From Ranitomeya imitator (Eukaryota), in assembly GCF_032444005.1 (NCBI RefSeq), contig NC_091285.1:2232001-2296000 (forward strand): a DNA stretch of 64,000 nt, in the 5' to 3' direction. Positions 24,835 through 37,481 of the stretch are shown here, one piece after another (the first letter of the stretch is position 1; the number at the start of each line of letters is the position of its first letter). The notes under the pieces are model-generated. The model was not told where the DNA came from, made no database searches, and worked only from the letters and a program-made list of their open reading frames with translations. The position numbers were made by a program, and so were the translations under genes.

Positions 24835-24980
24835 TGCCAGACATCAGACTGTCAGCTCCGTGACCCAGCAGTCTCGTCTGTCATCAGACTGTCAGCTCCG
24901 GGGACCAGCAGTCTCGTCTGACAGGAAACTGTCAGCTCCAGGGCCCAGCAGTCTCGTCTGTCATCAGACTGTCAGCTCTA
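24835..24980. repeat. ~39-bp tandem repeat (3-4 copies)
   Basis: CAGCAGTCTCGTCTGTCATCAGACTGTCAGCTCC recurs. Confidence 0.8.
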
Positions 24981-25494
24981 GAGGCGGCAGAACCCCCATC
25001 ATCAGACGGTATTGTCCACCATCTGTACGGATAGCACAGGAAGTGAGAAGTGCAGAGAGAAACTTCTTCCTACTAGCGGTGATACTGAGGGCCCTACAGG
25101 GCATCTGGCACACCAGCCAACCTGAACAAGCAGTGCTGCAGTATAAAGCATGGGGAAGAGGCAGATGACATCACACTTCAGTAGTCATTGCCGCACCCCC
25201 CCCCCCCCCCCCCGGTGTGTGAGCAGAGCTCCACTGGGGCAGTCAACGAGGCTTAGAGCCCCATGATACGATGTAGACCTGTGAACGAGCCGGCAGTGAC
25301 ACAATGGGACCCGAGAAGGACGCCCCCGACGCTGCATGGAGCATAATCTAGTGGAGCGCAGCGGATGGAGGCGCCCATCTGCAGACTCTGCTATGGCCAT
25401 TTCTTATGCCGGTCACACTGTTGCCAGGAGGGGGCTGCGGATACAATGTACCCCACAAGATGGAGGAGTGTAGTGCCCAAAAACTTCAGGCTAA

Positions 25495-26218
25495 AGGTAC
25501 CGTCACACATAGCGACGCTGCAGCGATACCGACAACGATCCGGATCGCTGCAGCGTCGCTGTTTGGTCGCTGGAGAGCTGTCACACAGACCGCTCTCCAG
25601 CGACCAACGATCCCGAGGTCCCCGGTAACCAGGGTAAACATCGGGTAACTAAGCGCAGGGCCGCGCTTAGTAACCCGATGTTTACCCTGGTTACCATCCT
25701 AAAAAGTAAAAAAACAAACACTACATACTTACCTACAGCCGTCTGTCCTCGGCGCTCTGCTTCTCTGGTCTGGCTGTGAGCGCCGGGCAGCCAGAAAGCA
25801 GAGCGGTGACGTCACCGCTCTGCTTTCCGGCTGACCGACGCTCACAGCCAGAGCAGGAGGAGTGCAGAGCGCAGCGCTGGACGACAGACGGCTATAGGTA
25901 AGTATGTAGTGTTTGTTTTTTTACTTTTAGGATGGTAACCAGGGTAAACATCGGGTTACTAAGCGCGGCCCTGCGCTTAGTTACCCGATGTTTACCCTGG
26001 TTACCAGCAAAGACATCGCTGAATCGGTGTCACACACGCCGATTCAGCGATGTCTGCGGGGAGTCCAGCGACGAAATAAAGTTCTGGACTTTCTTCCCCG
26101 ACCAGCGATCTCCCAGCAGGGGCCTGATCGCTGCTGCCTGTCACACTGGACGATATCGCTAGCGAGGACGCTGCAACGTCACGGATCGCTAGCGATATCG
26201 TCTAGTGTGACAGTACCT
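25495..26218. mobile_element. Complete palindromic Harbinger-type MITE
   Basis: TAA|AGGTACCGTCACAC ... GTGTGACAGTACCT|TAA, with nested hairpins. Confidence 0.88.
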
Positions 26219-26389
26219 TAAGATTTGACAGGAGCTGAGAAGGAATCAGAGCACAGAGGAGATAATCATCTTCTCTTCTGACAAGTCTGGACGGAGTCCA
26301 TCACTGAGCGGCCGCATTCCTCTGCCTAGCTATATACATCTCATAGGTATCACATACATCCACTGTGCCGCAGACACATCTGTCCTATC

Positions 26390-28305
26390 ATTATGTCCCC
26401 AGAGAACGAGGACGCCCCGCTGTCCCCAGACGAGGACAGCTCCCGATGTCACCAGAGAACGAGGACGCCCCCGATGTCCCCAGAGAACAAGGACAGCCCC
26501 TGATGTCCCCAGAGAACGAGGACGCCCCGATGTCCCCAGACGAGGACGCCCCCGATGTCCCCAGACGAGGACGCCCCCGATGTCCCCAGACGAGGACGCC
26601 CCCGATGTCCCCAGAGAACGAGGACAGCTCCCGATGTCCCCAGAGAACGAGGACAGCTCCCGATGTCCCCAGAGAACGAGGATGCCCCCCGATGTCACCA
26701 GAGAATGAGGACAGCTCCCGAGTCACCAGAGAACGAGGACGCCCCCGATGTCTCCATTTAACGAGGACACCCTTGATGTCCCCAGAGAACGAAGACACCC
26801 CCATGTCCCCAGAGAACGAGGATGCCCTCGATGTCCCCAGAGAACGAGGATGCCCTCGATGTCCCCAGAGAACGAGGATGCCCTCGATGTCCCCAGAGAA
26901 CGAGGATGCCCTCGATGTCCCCAGAGAACGAGGATGCCCTCGATGTCCCCAGAGAATGAGGATGCCCTCAATGTCTCCAGAGAACGAGGACAGCTCCCGA
27001 TGTCCCCAGAGAACGAGGACAGCTCCCGATGTCCCCAGAGAACGAGGACAGCTCCCGATGTCCCCAGAGAACGAGGACAGCTCCCGATGTCCCCAGAGAA
27101 CGAGGACAGCTCCCGATGTCCCCAGAGAACGAGGATGCCCCCCGATGTCACCAGAGAATGAGGACAGCTCCCGAGTCACCAGAGAACGAGGACGCCCCCG
27201 ATGTCTCCATTTAACGAGGACACCCTTGATGTCCCCAGAGAACGAAGACACCCCCATGTCCCCAGAGAACGAGGACATCCCCGATGTCACCAGAGAACGA
27301 GGACAGCTCCCGATGTCCCCAGAGAACGAGGAAGCCCCCGATGTCCCCAGAGAACGAGGATGCCCCCAGAGAACGAGGACAGCTCCTGATGTCCCCATTT
27401 AAGGAGGACACCCTCGATGTCCCCAGAGAACGAGGACAGCTCCCGATGTCCCCAGAGAACGAGGACAGCTCCCCCGATGTCCCCAGAGAACGAGGACAGC
27501 TCCCGATGTCCCCAGAGAACGAGGACAGCTCCCGATGTCCCCAGAGAACGAGGACATCTCCCGATGTCCCCAGAGAACGAGGACATCTCCCGATGTCCCC
27601 AGAGAACGAGGACAGCTCCCGATGTCCCCAGAGAACGAGGATGCCCCCCGATGTCACCAGAGAATGAGGACAGCTCCCGAGTCACCAGAGAACGAGGACG
27701 CCCCCGATGTCTCCATTTAACGAGGACACCCTTGATGTCCCCAGAGAACGAAGACACCCCCATGTCCCCAGAGAACGAGGATGCCCCCAGAGAACGAGGA
27801 CAGCTCCTGATGTCCCCATTTAAGGAGGACACCCTCGATGTCCCCAGAGAACGAGACCGCCCCCGATGTCCCCAGAGAACAAGGACAGCTCCCGATGTCC
27901 CCAGAGAACGAGGGCGCCCCCGATGTCCCCAGAGAACGAGGACATCCCCGATGTAACCACAGAATGAGGACACCTCAGATTTAACCATAGAACCAGGAGG
28001 AAATCCCCGATTGCACAGAAGATCCAGGAGGACATCCTCATGTAACAAGAGAATGAGGAAACCCCTGATGTTAGGGGAGAAGGAGGACACCCCTGATGTA
28101 CAGTAACCAGAGAATGAAGACACCCTTGATGTCAGAGAACCACCCCTGATGTCTCCAGAGAACGAGGACACCCCTCATGTCACCAAAGAATGAGGACACC
28201 CGATGTACAGTAGCCAGACAAGGAGGACACCCTTGATGTCAGAGAAACATCGCTGATGTCATCAGAGAATGCTCCTGATGTCACCAGAGAACGAGGACAC
28301 GATGT
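26390..28305. repeat. 27-28-bp minisatellite with block duplications; a degenerate continuation follows the gap (31571-31880)
   Basis: Unit CCGATGTCCCCAGAGAACGAGGACAGCTC. The variant block containing GATGTCTCCATTTAACGAGG recurs near 26750, 27205 and 27710. Confidence 0.93.
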
Positions 28306-28307
28306 AA

Positions 28308-28732
28308 GGCCGGTTTCACATGTCAGTGGCTCCGGTACGTGTGGTGAGTTTCCTCGCGTACCGGAGACACTGACACACGTAGACACATTAAATTGAATGT
28401 GTATCTGCAGATGTCAGTGTGTTTTCACAGACCATGTGTCCGTGTGCAAAACACAGACATGTCAGTGTTCGTGGGAGCGCACGGATAACAGGGACCCATT
28501 AAAGTCAATGGGTGCGTGTAAACACGTATGGCACATGGATGCCATCCGTGTGCTGTCTGTGTGCGTTTTTTAATTCATAGGGTTAAAATGGAAAACAATT
28601 TTTTAAAAAAACGGACACGGACGAGAAAACGGACAGCACACAGATGAGACACGGATGGCCTATGTGCACACACGGACAGCTCCGGGACCGTTTCTTCACG
28701 TGCCGGAAAAATCTTGATGTGTGAGACTGGCC
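28308..28732. mobile_element. Harbinger-type MITE
   Basis: TAA|GGCCGGTTTCACA ... TGTGAGACTGGCC|TAA, inserted in a GATGTAACCAGAG repeat unit. Confidence 0.85.
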
Positions 28733-28786
28733 TAACCAGAGGTCCAACAGAACAATCCTGGAGTCACAGGAGATTCAAATGGATAC

Positions 28787-31393
28787 TGTCACGGATCCCT
28801 TCTCCGTGGAGTCACTTATTCGTCACGTGCCTGCTCTCACACGTGACTTGGGGTTGTGCCTGCAAGGGTTAATCTATCTCCCCACTCTCAGTCCAGCATT
28901 CAACCTCTGTCCTATGCTGTAAGGGGAGCATAAATCACACATCGACCCAGGCCACACACCCGCTCATACACGCTGCCACCACTCATCGAATACACGGGCG
29001 ATATGTCCCAGAAATAACTAATAAAAATATGTTTATCCCTCATAAGGCTCACACACCTCTAGGCTATGGATTCTTTAGAACATTCAAAGTTCAACTTATT
29101 AAAGTTTATACTTTAATAGCAAAAGGTTCAATGCTTACAATAGAAAAAGGTATAAAAATATGATAATAAAAACACATACAACTTATGTGTCACGATTCCC
29201 CTGACCGCTGTCACCAATTGGTCAGGATTCACACCGTGACCGTCACCCCTACGTCACGGGTTGGGGTGACTTTAGGCCAACAGACGGCTATCACATGTGC
29301 AGGGGGGCTTATCTTAGTTATCCCTCCACTCCACGATGTGATGAAAAAACCACACACAAGGCTATTGACCTCTTAGTATGCAGCAGGGGCTTATTCTAGG
29401 TATCCCACTGCTTTCAATATACCACAAACTGCAGGGATTTATGTATATCTCGCTTACAGTTCCACTTAACACTTGCAGCTCTCTGGCGCCCCCTTACTCT
29501 CAGGTCAGATTAGGTACTGCACCCTGGGTAATTAGTCGCCAGAAAAGCTGCCTGCTATGTACTGGCTATTGGGCACGCTGCAGCGACGCGATAACTACTC
29601 CCACTCAGGGAGGAAAAATAATTATAAACCCCGCAGCCGCTTCAGCATCACCCAAAAGTCTGCACACTATCGGTATCACTGCCACCAGCTTCGATTAACC
29701 GGGTCCGAAGCAAACCCAACACAACAGTAACAGTAGCGTATTTTCCCTTCAAGAGACTTAGGGTACGGTTTAGAACAGGAGAAAGAACTGGTATTAAATA
29801 ATATACCCCATCAAAAGTTTCAGGCAGTGTTTTATCAAAATATTTTACAAAGATGTTACAAATGAGACAATTGCAAATATGTACAAGGGTAATTATAACA
29901 TAAAGGGAGTAAATGAGATAAAGCAACACTCACATGTTTAAAGCATGACAGGCAACCATACGTCCCAGCTCATTTGGACGTGTGCAGGGCTCTTCCAGGA
30001 GAAGACAAGAAATCAAGCAGAAAGAGACTCCTCAGAGCCTGCCAGACACTTAAAACATTAAGGCTGTGACATCACAGAAAGGCTGGCTTATCCAGACCCT
30101 CCTCTCTCTACATTCTGCCTAAACTTTAAACTATTTTCTCTAATTTCTATAACTTCACTACAAAACACGTCATAGTTCTAACAAACCCATCAATAATCTC
30201 GGATTAACGTGAGCATTCTAATGAGATCAAATATGTCCTATCTGGGATACATATTTACAGAGAAAACCCTACTTCTTTACCAGACGGAGTTAGAAGCCCG
30301 AGTTTCAAGGGATGGGTAGGTACACCGAGTGAGAATAAGAATATATATTTTCGTATGTCTAGCTTAAATCGTTTGCCTAATATCTAACAAAAACTAAACA
30401 AAGAATCTTTCATGGATCCTCGCAGTTTCTACTTCAATTATAGCTGAACAAGAGCTTACACAGGAAATGCCGGTCGTAAATTACTTTTGGCTCTCCTAAC
30501 CCCCACACTCTCTGAGAAGGAAAGCCAGGAATTTGCAGTATCACGCCAAGAAGGGGGCTTAGCCCACGCAGGCTAGCAAGAGAACTACTTATGATATTTC
30601 ATGCCATATCGTGACACCTCCCCCTTTTGGTGTGCGCTAGGGAGGCAGTACCCCACGGTATGCCTCCATGGGCACCTCAATAGGTTCACCATGGCGGGAG
30701 AGTCCATCTGCATTCCCATGCTCTTTGCCCGTTTTGTGTTCAATGGTGAAGTCAAACTGCTGAAGGGCAAGGCTCCAGCGTAGCAAGGAAAGCCAGGAAT
30801 TTGCAGTATCACTCCAAGAAGGGGGCTTAGCCCACGTAGGCTAGCAAGAGAACTACTTATGATATTTCATACCATATCGTGACATTATGCAAAACAGTGT
30901 CAAAATAAACAGGAGAAAACTTACAGAAATCATCTAACTTGTAGTTTGCTTTCTGCTCCCTGAGGGGGGTGAAGGGAGTTGGAACACATTAGCTTCTCAG
31001 GCTGCCCTCACATGTGAACACAATTCTCTGTCTGCAGCCTAAATTTATATCTTTGGTCTGAGGTCAGGTTTCTAGAACGGCCCCTCAGGCCAATATCATA
31101 ACTGGTGCCTGTTTGATTGGCCCATGGCCGCGCTACTAATGAATATATATTATTTTTCTCTTGAGACATGTGTGAAATGGTTCCTAGGGATACCTTCCCT
31201 CAAGCCGAAATTAGCATCTCCCCTCCAAGCACTCAGAGGTGTCAAGTGTTCCTTTGTTCTTGGCTCTAGCTAGACCCCCTGGTGAGATATGGAGACAGAA
31301 TTCCTACTCTTCTCAAGGAAGTACCTATTAACACCTAGGTGCGACTGGCCTTCAGGACAGATGCTACATTATCACTAGTCACACATATAACCC
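28787..31393. mobile_element. LTR-like host sequence (28787-29187 and 30885-31393) running into the assembly gap
   Basis: Begins TGTCACGG and joins up across the nested element. Confidence 0.5.
29188..30884 (-). mobile_element. Internally deleted Gmr1-type Gypsy LTR retrotransposon: 100 bp of 5' LTR, pol end, PPT, 1.43-kb 3' LTR
   Basis: TTATG on both flanks. 30517-30616 is duplicated at 30785-30884. PPT AAAAGGGGGAGG abuts the LTR. 30784-30637 translates LRWSLALQQFDFTIEHKTGKEHGNADGLSR, the end of RNase H. Confidence 0.8.
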
Positions 31394-31570
31394 NNNNNNN
31401 NNNNNNNNNNNNNNNNNNNNNNNNNNNNNNNNNNNNNNNNNNNNNNNNNNNNNNNNNNNNNNNNNNNNNNNNNNNNNNNNNNNNNNNNNNNNNNNNNNNN
31501 NNNNNNNNNNNNNNNNNNNNNNNNNNNNNNNNNNNNNNNNNNNNNNNNNNNNNNNNNNNNNNNNNNNNNN
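31394..31570. other. Assembly gap (177 N)
   Basis: Run of N. Confidence 1.
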
Positions 31571-33725
31571 TATGTAACCAGAGAATGAGGACAATCCTGA
31601 TGTAACTGGAAATGCTGGAGGACAGCCCTGAGGTAGTAAGGGATCCAAGAGAACACCTGGGATGTCAAAGGAAAACAAGGTGGACACAGAGGTAAACAAA
31701 CATTTAGGAGGACACCCCGATGTAACCGGAGATACAAGAGGATGTCCCTGATGTAACTGGAGAACAAGGACAACCCTGATGCCATGGGGATCCAAGAGAA
31801 CACACCTGAGGTAACCAAATATCTATGAGGACAACCCTGAGGTAACAAAACATCCAAGAGGGCACCCAAGTGGTAACCAAAAATTCAGGGCAACGTCCCT
31901 GAAATTTTTAGGTCAGCTCCTTATAAGTCATGGCTGTGTAGGAACTACAAGTCTCACCAAATGGTTATGAGAGTGGGTGCTTGCCGAGATTTTCAGCCCA
32001 AAAAAATGGGCTGAAAGTGCCTCTCTTGGCTTATAGTCATGGAAGGCCGGGGGGGGGGGGGGATTAGGTGGGTGAGTGACGAAGGTCACGTACTCACCTG
32101 CTCCTGGCGCGGTCCCTGCATGTCCCATGGTCTCCGGCACCTTCTTCCTCCGTTCAGCGGTCATGTGGTACCGCTCATTAACCCCTTCATGACCCAGCCT
32201 ATTTTGACCTTAATGACCTGGCCATTTTTTGCAATTCTGACCAGTGTCCCTTTTTGAGGTAATAACTCAAGAACGCTGTCTACTTTCCATCAGCATAATT
32301 TTAGACAACATTTTTTTTTTTCCAAGGAAGTTATAAAGGTTAAAATTTGACCAGCAATTTCTCATTTTTACAACAAAATTTACAAAACCATTTTTTTTAG
32401 GGACCACCTCACATTTGAAGTCAGTTTGAGGGCTCTATATGTCTGAAAATACCCAAAAGTGACACCATTCTAAAAACTGCACCCCTCAAGGTGCTCAAAA
32501 CCACATTCAAGAAGTTTATTAACCCTTCACGTGCTTCACAGCAGAAGCAACATGGAAGGAAAAAAATTAACATTTAACTTTTTAGTCACAAAAATGAACT
32601 TTTAGCAACATTTTTTTTTTTTTATTTTCCCAAGTGTAAAAGGATAAACTGGACCCCGAAAGTTGTTGTACGATACCCCATATGTGGGGGGGGGGGGGAG
32701 AAAATCACTGTTTGCGCTCACAACAGGGCTCGGAAGGGAAGAAGCGCCATTTTACTTTTTGAATGAAAAATTGGCTCCAATTGTTAGCGGACACCATGTC
32801 GCGTTTGGAGAGCTCCTGTGTGCCCAAACAATGGAGCTCCCCCACAAGTGACCCCATTTTGGAAACTAGACCCCCCCAAGGAACTTATCTAGATGCATAG
32901 TGAGCACTTTCAACCCCCAGGTGCTTCACAAATTGATTCGTAAAAATGAAAAAGTACTTTCCAGGAAGTCCCTCCTGACAGCACCACCAGGAGGTTGTCC
33001 TTCTTATCGTTGATAGAGACAGGAAACACAGAAGAGGTTAAATAGCCCCTCCCCCCCTCAGTGTTTTTCCTGTCCCTATCAGGGACAGACGCAGAGGAGC
33101 GTTGGCGCGGCTTACCGTACCGAAGATTCCAATAGCCGGTTGAGCAGGGCTCCCGGAGCGGCTTCATCCCTCTCTTGAGGGCTCTGAACAGCGGAGGACG
33201 CTGACTCCGCAGGATCACGCCGATACCGAGGGAGGTCCCTCAGCGTGGGTTGAGCTTTGTGCTCCCGTCTTCGGCGCACCCCTCTCCAGAGGGCTCTACA
33301 CCTCCAGCTGTACCCGGTCCATGCCGGCGGTGATCGGACCTAAGAGAGCCGCGTCCTCGTGCAGGTCGTGTCCCTGTGCGCGGCGCGTCATCGGGGCGCG
33401 GCGCATCATCGGGGCGCACCGAGTCATCAAGTGCGCCGCGTCGCGCGCCACAGCGCTAAGCGGCCTGTTGACTTCCGGTGACGTTCCTGGGCAGTGGACC
33501 TCGTGGTTATGGACGGGGACGCCGAAAGAAGCACAACCTTTGACTGTGATATGCAGCCCGGTGGGGGTTCCCGCCCATGGATGAGTGGGTGTTCCTGGAA
33601 CCCGCAGTCATCAGGAAGAGATCACCTGCAGCTGAGCTCAGAAGGAGGACGAGTCAGATGATTTGAAGGCAGGTAAGATAACCTATTTAACCTCAAACAC
33701 CTGACAGCACACTGATCCTATAGAG

Positions 33726-35115
33726 ATGGAGGGTGCAGATCGTCCAGATATCCAGTCCTCAGAGCTCGCCCCTGTACATGTAAGTTATACATAAGGGGAT
33801 CGCCTCACATCGCCAGTCACACACAAGCTATATAGCGCTTCCGTATCTTTTTCAGGATAAAGAAGCGTCTAAGTGTCCAGCAACAGTCCAAAAACGCAAG
33901 ACGAGTAAATGCCCTCTATGCTCTAATAGACTGCCAGAAGGACATACGAAGAAAGTGTGTGATGGCTGTATGGCAGGACTGCTTAAAGGAGAGCAGGCCT
34001 CCTTTATGGACAGTATCACAACTATGATCAGGGAGGAAGTACAGTCCACAGTATCGGCACAAATACCAGCCAAATCCCCCCACCCTAAAAGACCTAGGTG
34101 GGAACAGGATCTTAGTTCAGAAGAGGGTGAGCTTTCAGCTTACTCCATATCTGACTCCATGGAAGGCGAATGCTCTCCAAATGTCCTCCCAGAAGAAAGA
34201 AATAAATATCTATTCTCTTCTGAGCACACGGACACACTACTGCAGGCCGTTAGAAATACCATGAAGGTAGAAGACGCCACAGAACCCCTTACGGTCCAAG
34301 ACGAGATGTTTGGCGGGCTCAGAGCTCGCAGGAACAGAGTTTCCTGTGAATCACTATATTCAACAAATGATCTTGGAAGAATGGGCCGATGTAGGGAAGA
34401 AACTAGTAGTCCCAAGAGACTTTAAATATTGTTTATCTTTTGATCCAGAAGAGACCAAAATTTGGGAATCTGTACCTACAGTGGATATACCTATAGCCAA
34501 GGTCTCAAAAAAGACCGCCATTCCATTTGAGGATTCCTCGGGTCTCAAAGACCCTATGGACAAAAGATCGGAAGATCTCCTCAAGATGGCCTGGGAAGCT
34601 TCAGCCACCATCATGAAAACAAATATTGCGGCCACCTCAGTTGCCAGATCAATGTCGCTGTGGGTAGAAAAATTAAAAACCCAGATAAATAATAAGACTT
34701 CCAGAGATAAAATCTTGAAGACTTTACCACTCCTGAGGATGGCGACCAACTTTATGGCCAATGCTTCGGCAGAATCAGTCCGATTCTCTGCAAGAAACAA
34801 CGCTTTATCTAACGCAGCAAGAAGAGCTCTATGGCTCAGATCATGGTCGGGTGATACGCAGTCAAAAAATAAACTGTTCAATACCCTTCTCTGGCTTTCA
34901 TGTCTTTGGTCCAGTATTGGACGAATTGCTTGAGAAAGCAGCAGATAAGAAGGGCTTCCCTGAAGAAAAACCAAAGAACACACCGTCCTTTCGTCGGACT
35001 CGGTCCCATCCTAGACAATAGAGGGAAAGGTAAAGGCGGAAGATGAAGCTACCCGAAAGGGGGTAGAGGCAGAGGTACCTTTCAGGATCAGAAGTCAAGA
35101 GCCAACAAACAATGA
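33726..35115 (+). pseudogene. DIRS A ORF1 (gag-like) with predicted intron 33780-33855
   Basis: Spliced translation MEGADRPDIQSSELAPVH|DKEASK...CPLC-x12-CDGC...MILEEW...PTVDIPIAKVSKKTAIPFED. Frameshifts near 34340 and 34880. Confidence 0.8.
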
Positions 35116-36261
35116 CGCCAACTTAGTGGGTGGAAGGCTTCAGTACTTCCTATAGGGTTGGAAAAACATCACGCAAAACCCATGGATCTTAAGTTTGATA
35201 GAACGGGGGTACAAAATAGAATTCAGCCAAACACCTCCCAGAAGATTTTGCCTAACTCAGACCCAGTCATTATCAGTTCATCAGAGACTTCTAAAGGATA
35301 TTCAGGAACTTATCCAGACAAAAGCCATCATTCCGGTACCCCATTCCAGGAGGTTCAAAGGACATTATTCAAGTCTGTTCTCCATAAAGATACCAGGCGG
35401 GGAATACCGTACGATTATAAACCTGAAGCCTTTAAATCTATCAGTAGCTTACAAACAGTTCAAGATGGAATCCGTCAAGACTAATACCTCTAATCCAGAA
35501 GGGATCAGTAATGAGCACATTAGATCTAAAAAGTGCCTACTATCAGGTTCCCATCTCCGCTCCACACCAACAGTATCTCAGATTCGCCATAAAAGACCGA
35601 GATCACATTCTACATTATCAGTTCACGTGCCTACCATTCGGTCTCTCATCTGCTCCCAGAATATTCACCATGGCGGAGGTGATGGCCTTTTTAAGAGAAA
35701 GAGATCATCATCCCTTATCTGGACGACATCCTGCTTATAGCAGACTCTCCTCAACAGATGGAGCAGAACTTAACAACGATGTCACTCTTAAAAAGCCTAG
35801 GATGGCTAATATATCTAAAAAAAATAGGTATTAAGCTTACCGTTAATTATGTTTCCAGGAGTCCATACTGACAGCACCCTGGAGGACGTCGTCCTCCCCC
35901 TTGTTGGGACAGGAAACACACGAGAGTTCAAAAGGGCATGTCCCACCCCCAATCCTCAGTGTTGTAACAAGAACCACATCATAGAAATGCAGAAAAGACT
36001 TTTAATAGAAAGTAAATATATACATCAACTTGTCAGAAAACATATTTCCTCATATGTCAAATATAATATGCAATACATTTTATGCCAGAAACATAATACA
36101 TCTTATGTCAGGCTACATACATAGAGGATAACAGTATTACAGGGAGGGAACTACCAGTGCTGTCAGTATGGACTCCTGGAAACATAATTAACGGTAAGCT
36201 TAATACCTATTTTCCAGGACGTCCCTCCTGACAGCACCCTGGAGAGTACCAAAGCACCTCC

Positions 36262-37300
36262 TTAGGGTGGGATTACCGCCTGGAGAACCTTTCTCCCAAA
36301 TGCAGTATGTTGACCAGACAGAACATCAAGTTTATAGTGTCTACAAAATGTATTAGCACTAGCCCAAGTAGCTGCTTTACAGATCTGTTCAAGAGAGGCA
36401 CCTGCTCTCTCAGCCCAAGAAGTAGCTATCCCTCGAGTAGAATGTGCGTGGAGACCCCTTGGAGGAGGGAGCCCTTCAGACTGATAAGCCTCAGAGATCA
36501 CCGAAGTGATCCAACGAGCAATAGAGGCCCTTTTTCCCTTATTCTTCCCTCCAAATAAAACAAACAGATTTGGGTCGATACGCCACGAGTTGGTGGCTGC
36601 TAGGTAGTCTAGAACTGCCTGCCTGACGTCGAGGGAATGAAGAGCTCTTTCTTTCTCATTAGCCGGATTATCACAGAAGGATGGTAACACAATTTCCTGA
36701 TTTCTGTTTTTAACTGATCCCACCTTTGGAACAAAGGAGGGATCCAATCTAAGGATTAGACTATCTTCTCTAATCTGAAGGTAAGGGTCCCTGGTGCACA
36801 GGGCCTGGATCTCCCCCACTCTCTTAGCTGTAGTAATTGCCACTAAAAATGCTGTTTTACGTACTGGAATGGGCATACTATCGGCCGAGGCGTAAACATT
36901 TTTACAGAGGAATCTGAGGACCAGATTAAGGTCCCAGGATGGCGACATTTGTCTAATGGTAGGGCGCAACCTCTGGGTGGCTCTGATAAATCTAACTATC
37001 CACGGGTGGGATGCTAGGGGATAGTCGAGAAAAGAGCTAAGTGCCGAGATCTGCACTTTCACAGTGCTTGGTTTGAGACCTTTGTCAAACCCAGCCTGCA
37101 GGAAATCTAAAATTCTGGGTAAGTTGGGAGCGCCTGCCGTAACCTCAGACCTGCCACCCTCCAGACAGAAACGTTTCCAGATCTTCAAATAAATTGCCGA
37201 TGTGACTGGCTTTCTGCTGGATTTTATAGTAGAGATCACTTGATCTGATAGCCCTCTTGCCTTCAAGATGTTCCTTTCAGGATCCATGCAGAGAGATGGA
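36262..37300 (-). CDS. DIRS B tyrosine recombinase domain (C-terminal part of track ORF 36262-38967)
   Basis: Catalytic-type motifs TAKRVGEI, AHSTR and FCRHY are all present. Confidence 0.88.
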
Positions 37301-37481
37301 GATTCTCTGGACTCGGGTGGTACACCGGACCCTGGTGGCTTACATCTGCTCTGAGAGGAAGCTCTACTGGGCTCTCTATTGCCAGATCCACCAAGAGAGA
37401 ACCAGCTCCTTCTCGGCCAAAATGGTACAATCAATATGACTCGAGCACGATCCTCTTTGATTTTTCTGAGAACAGCTGGAA

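Noticed and set aside
25495-26218. Kolobok/T2 (TTAA) classification of the palindromic MITEs
   Set aside because: Flanks fit a 3-bp TAA/TTA duplication (CTAA|AGG...CCT|TAAG), not TTAA on both sides, which favours PIF/Harbinger.
26330-28171. MSPENED-repeat ORFs
   Set aside because: Minisatellite translations open on both strands.
31339-31869. ORFs spanning the N run
   Set aside because: Artefacts of translating the assembly gap.
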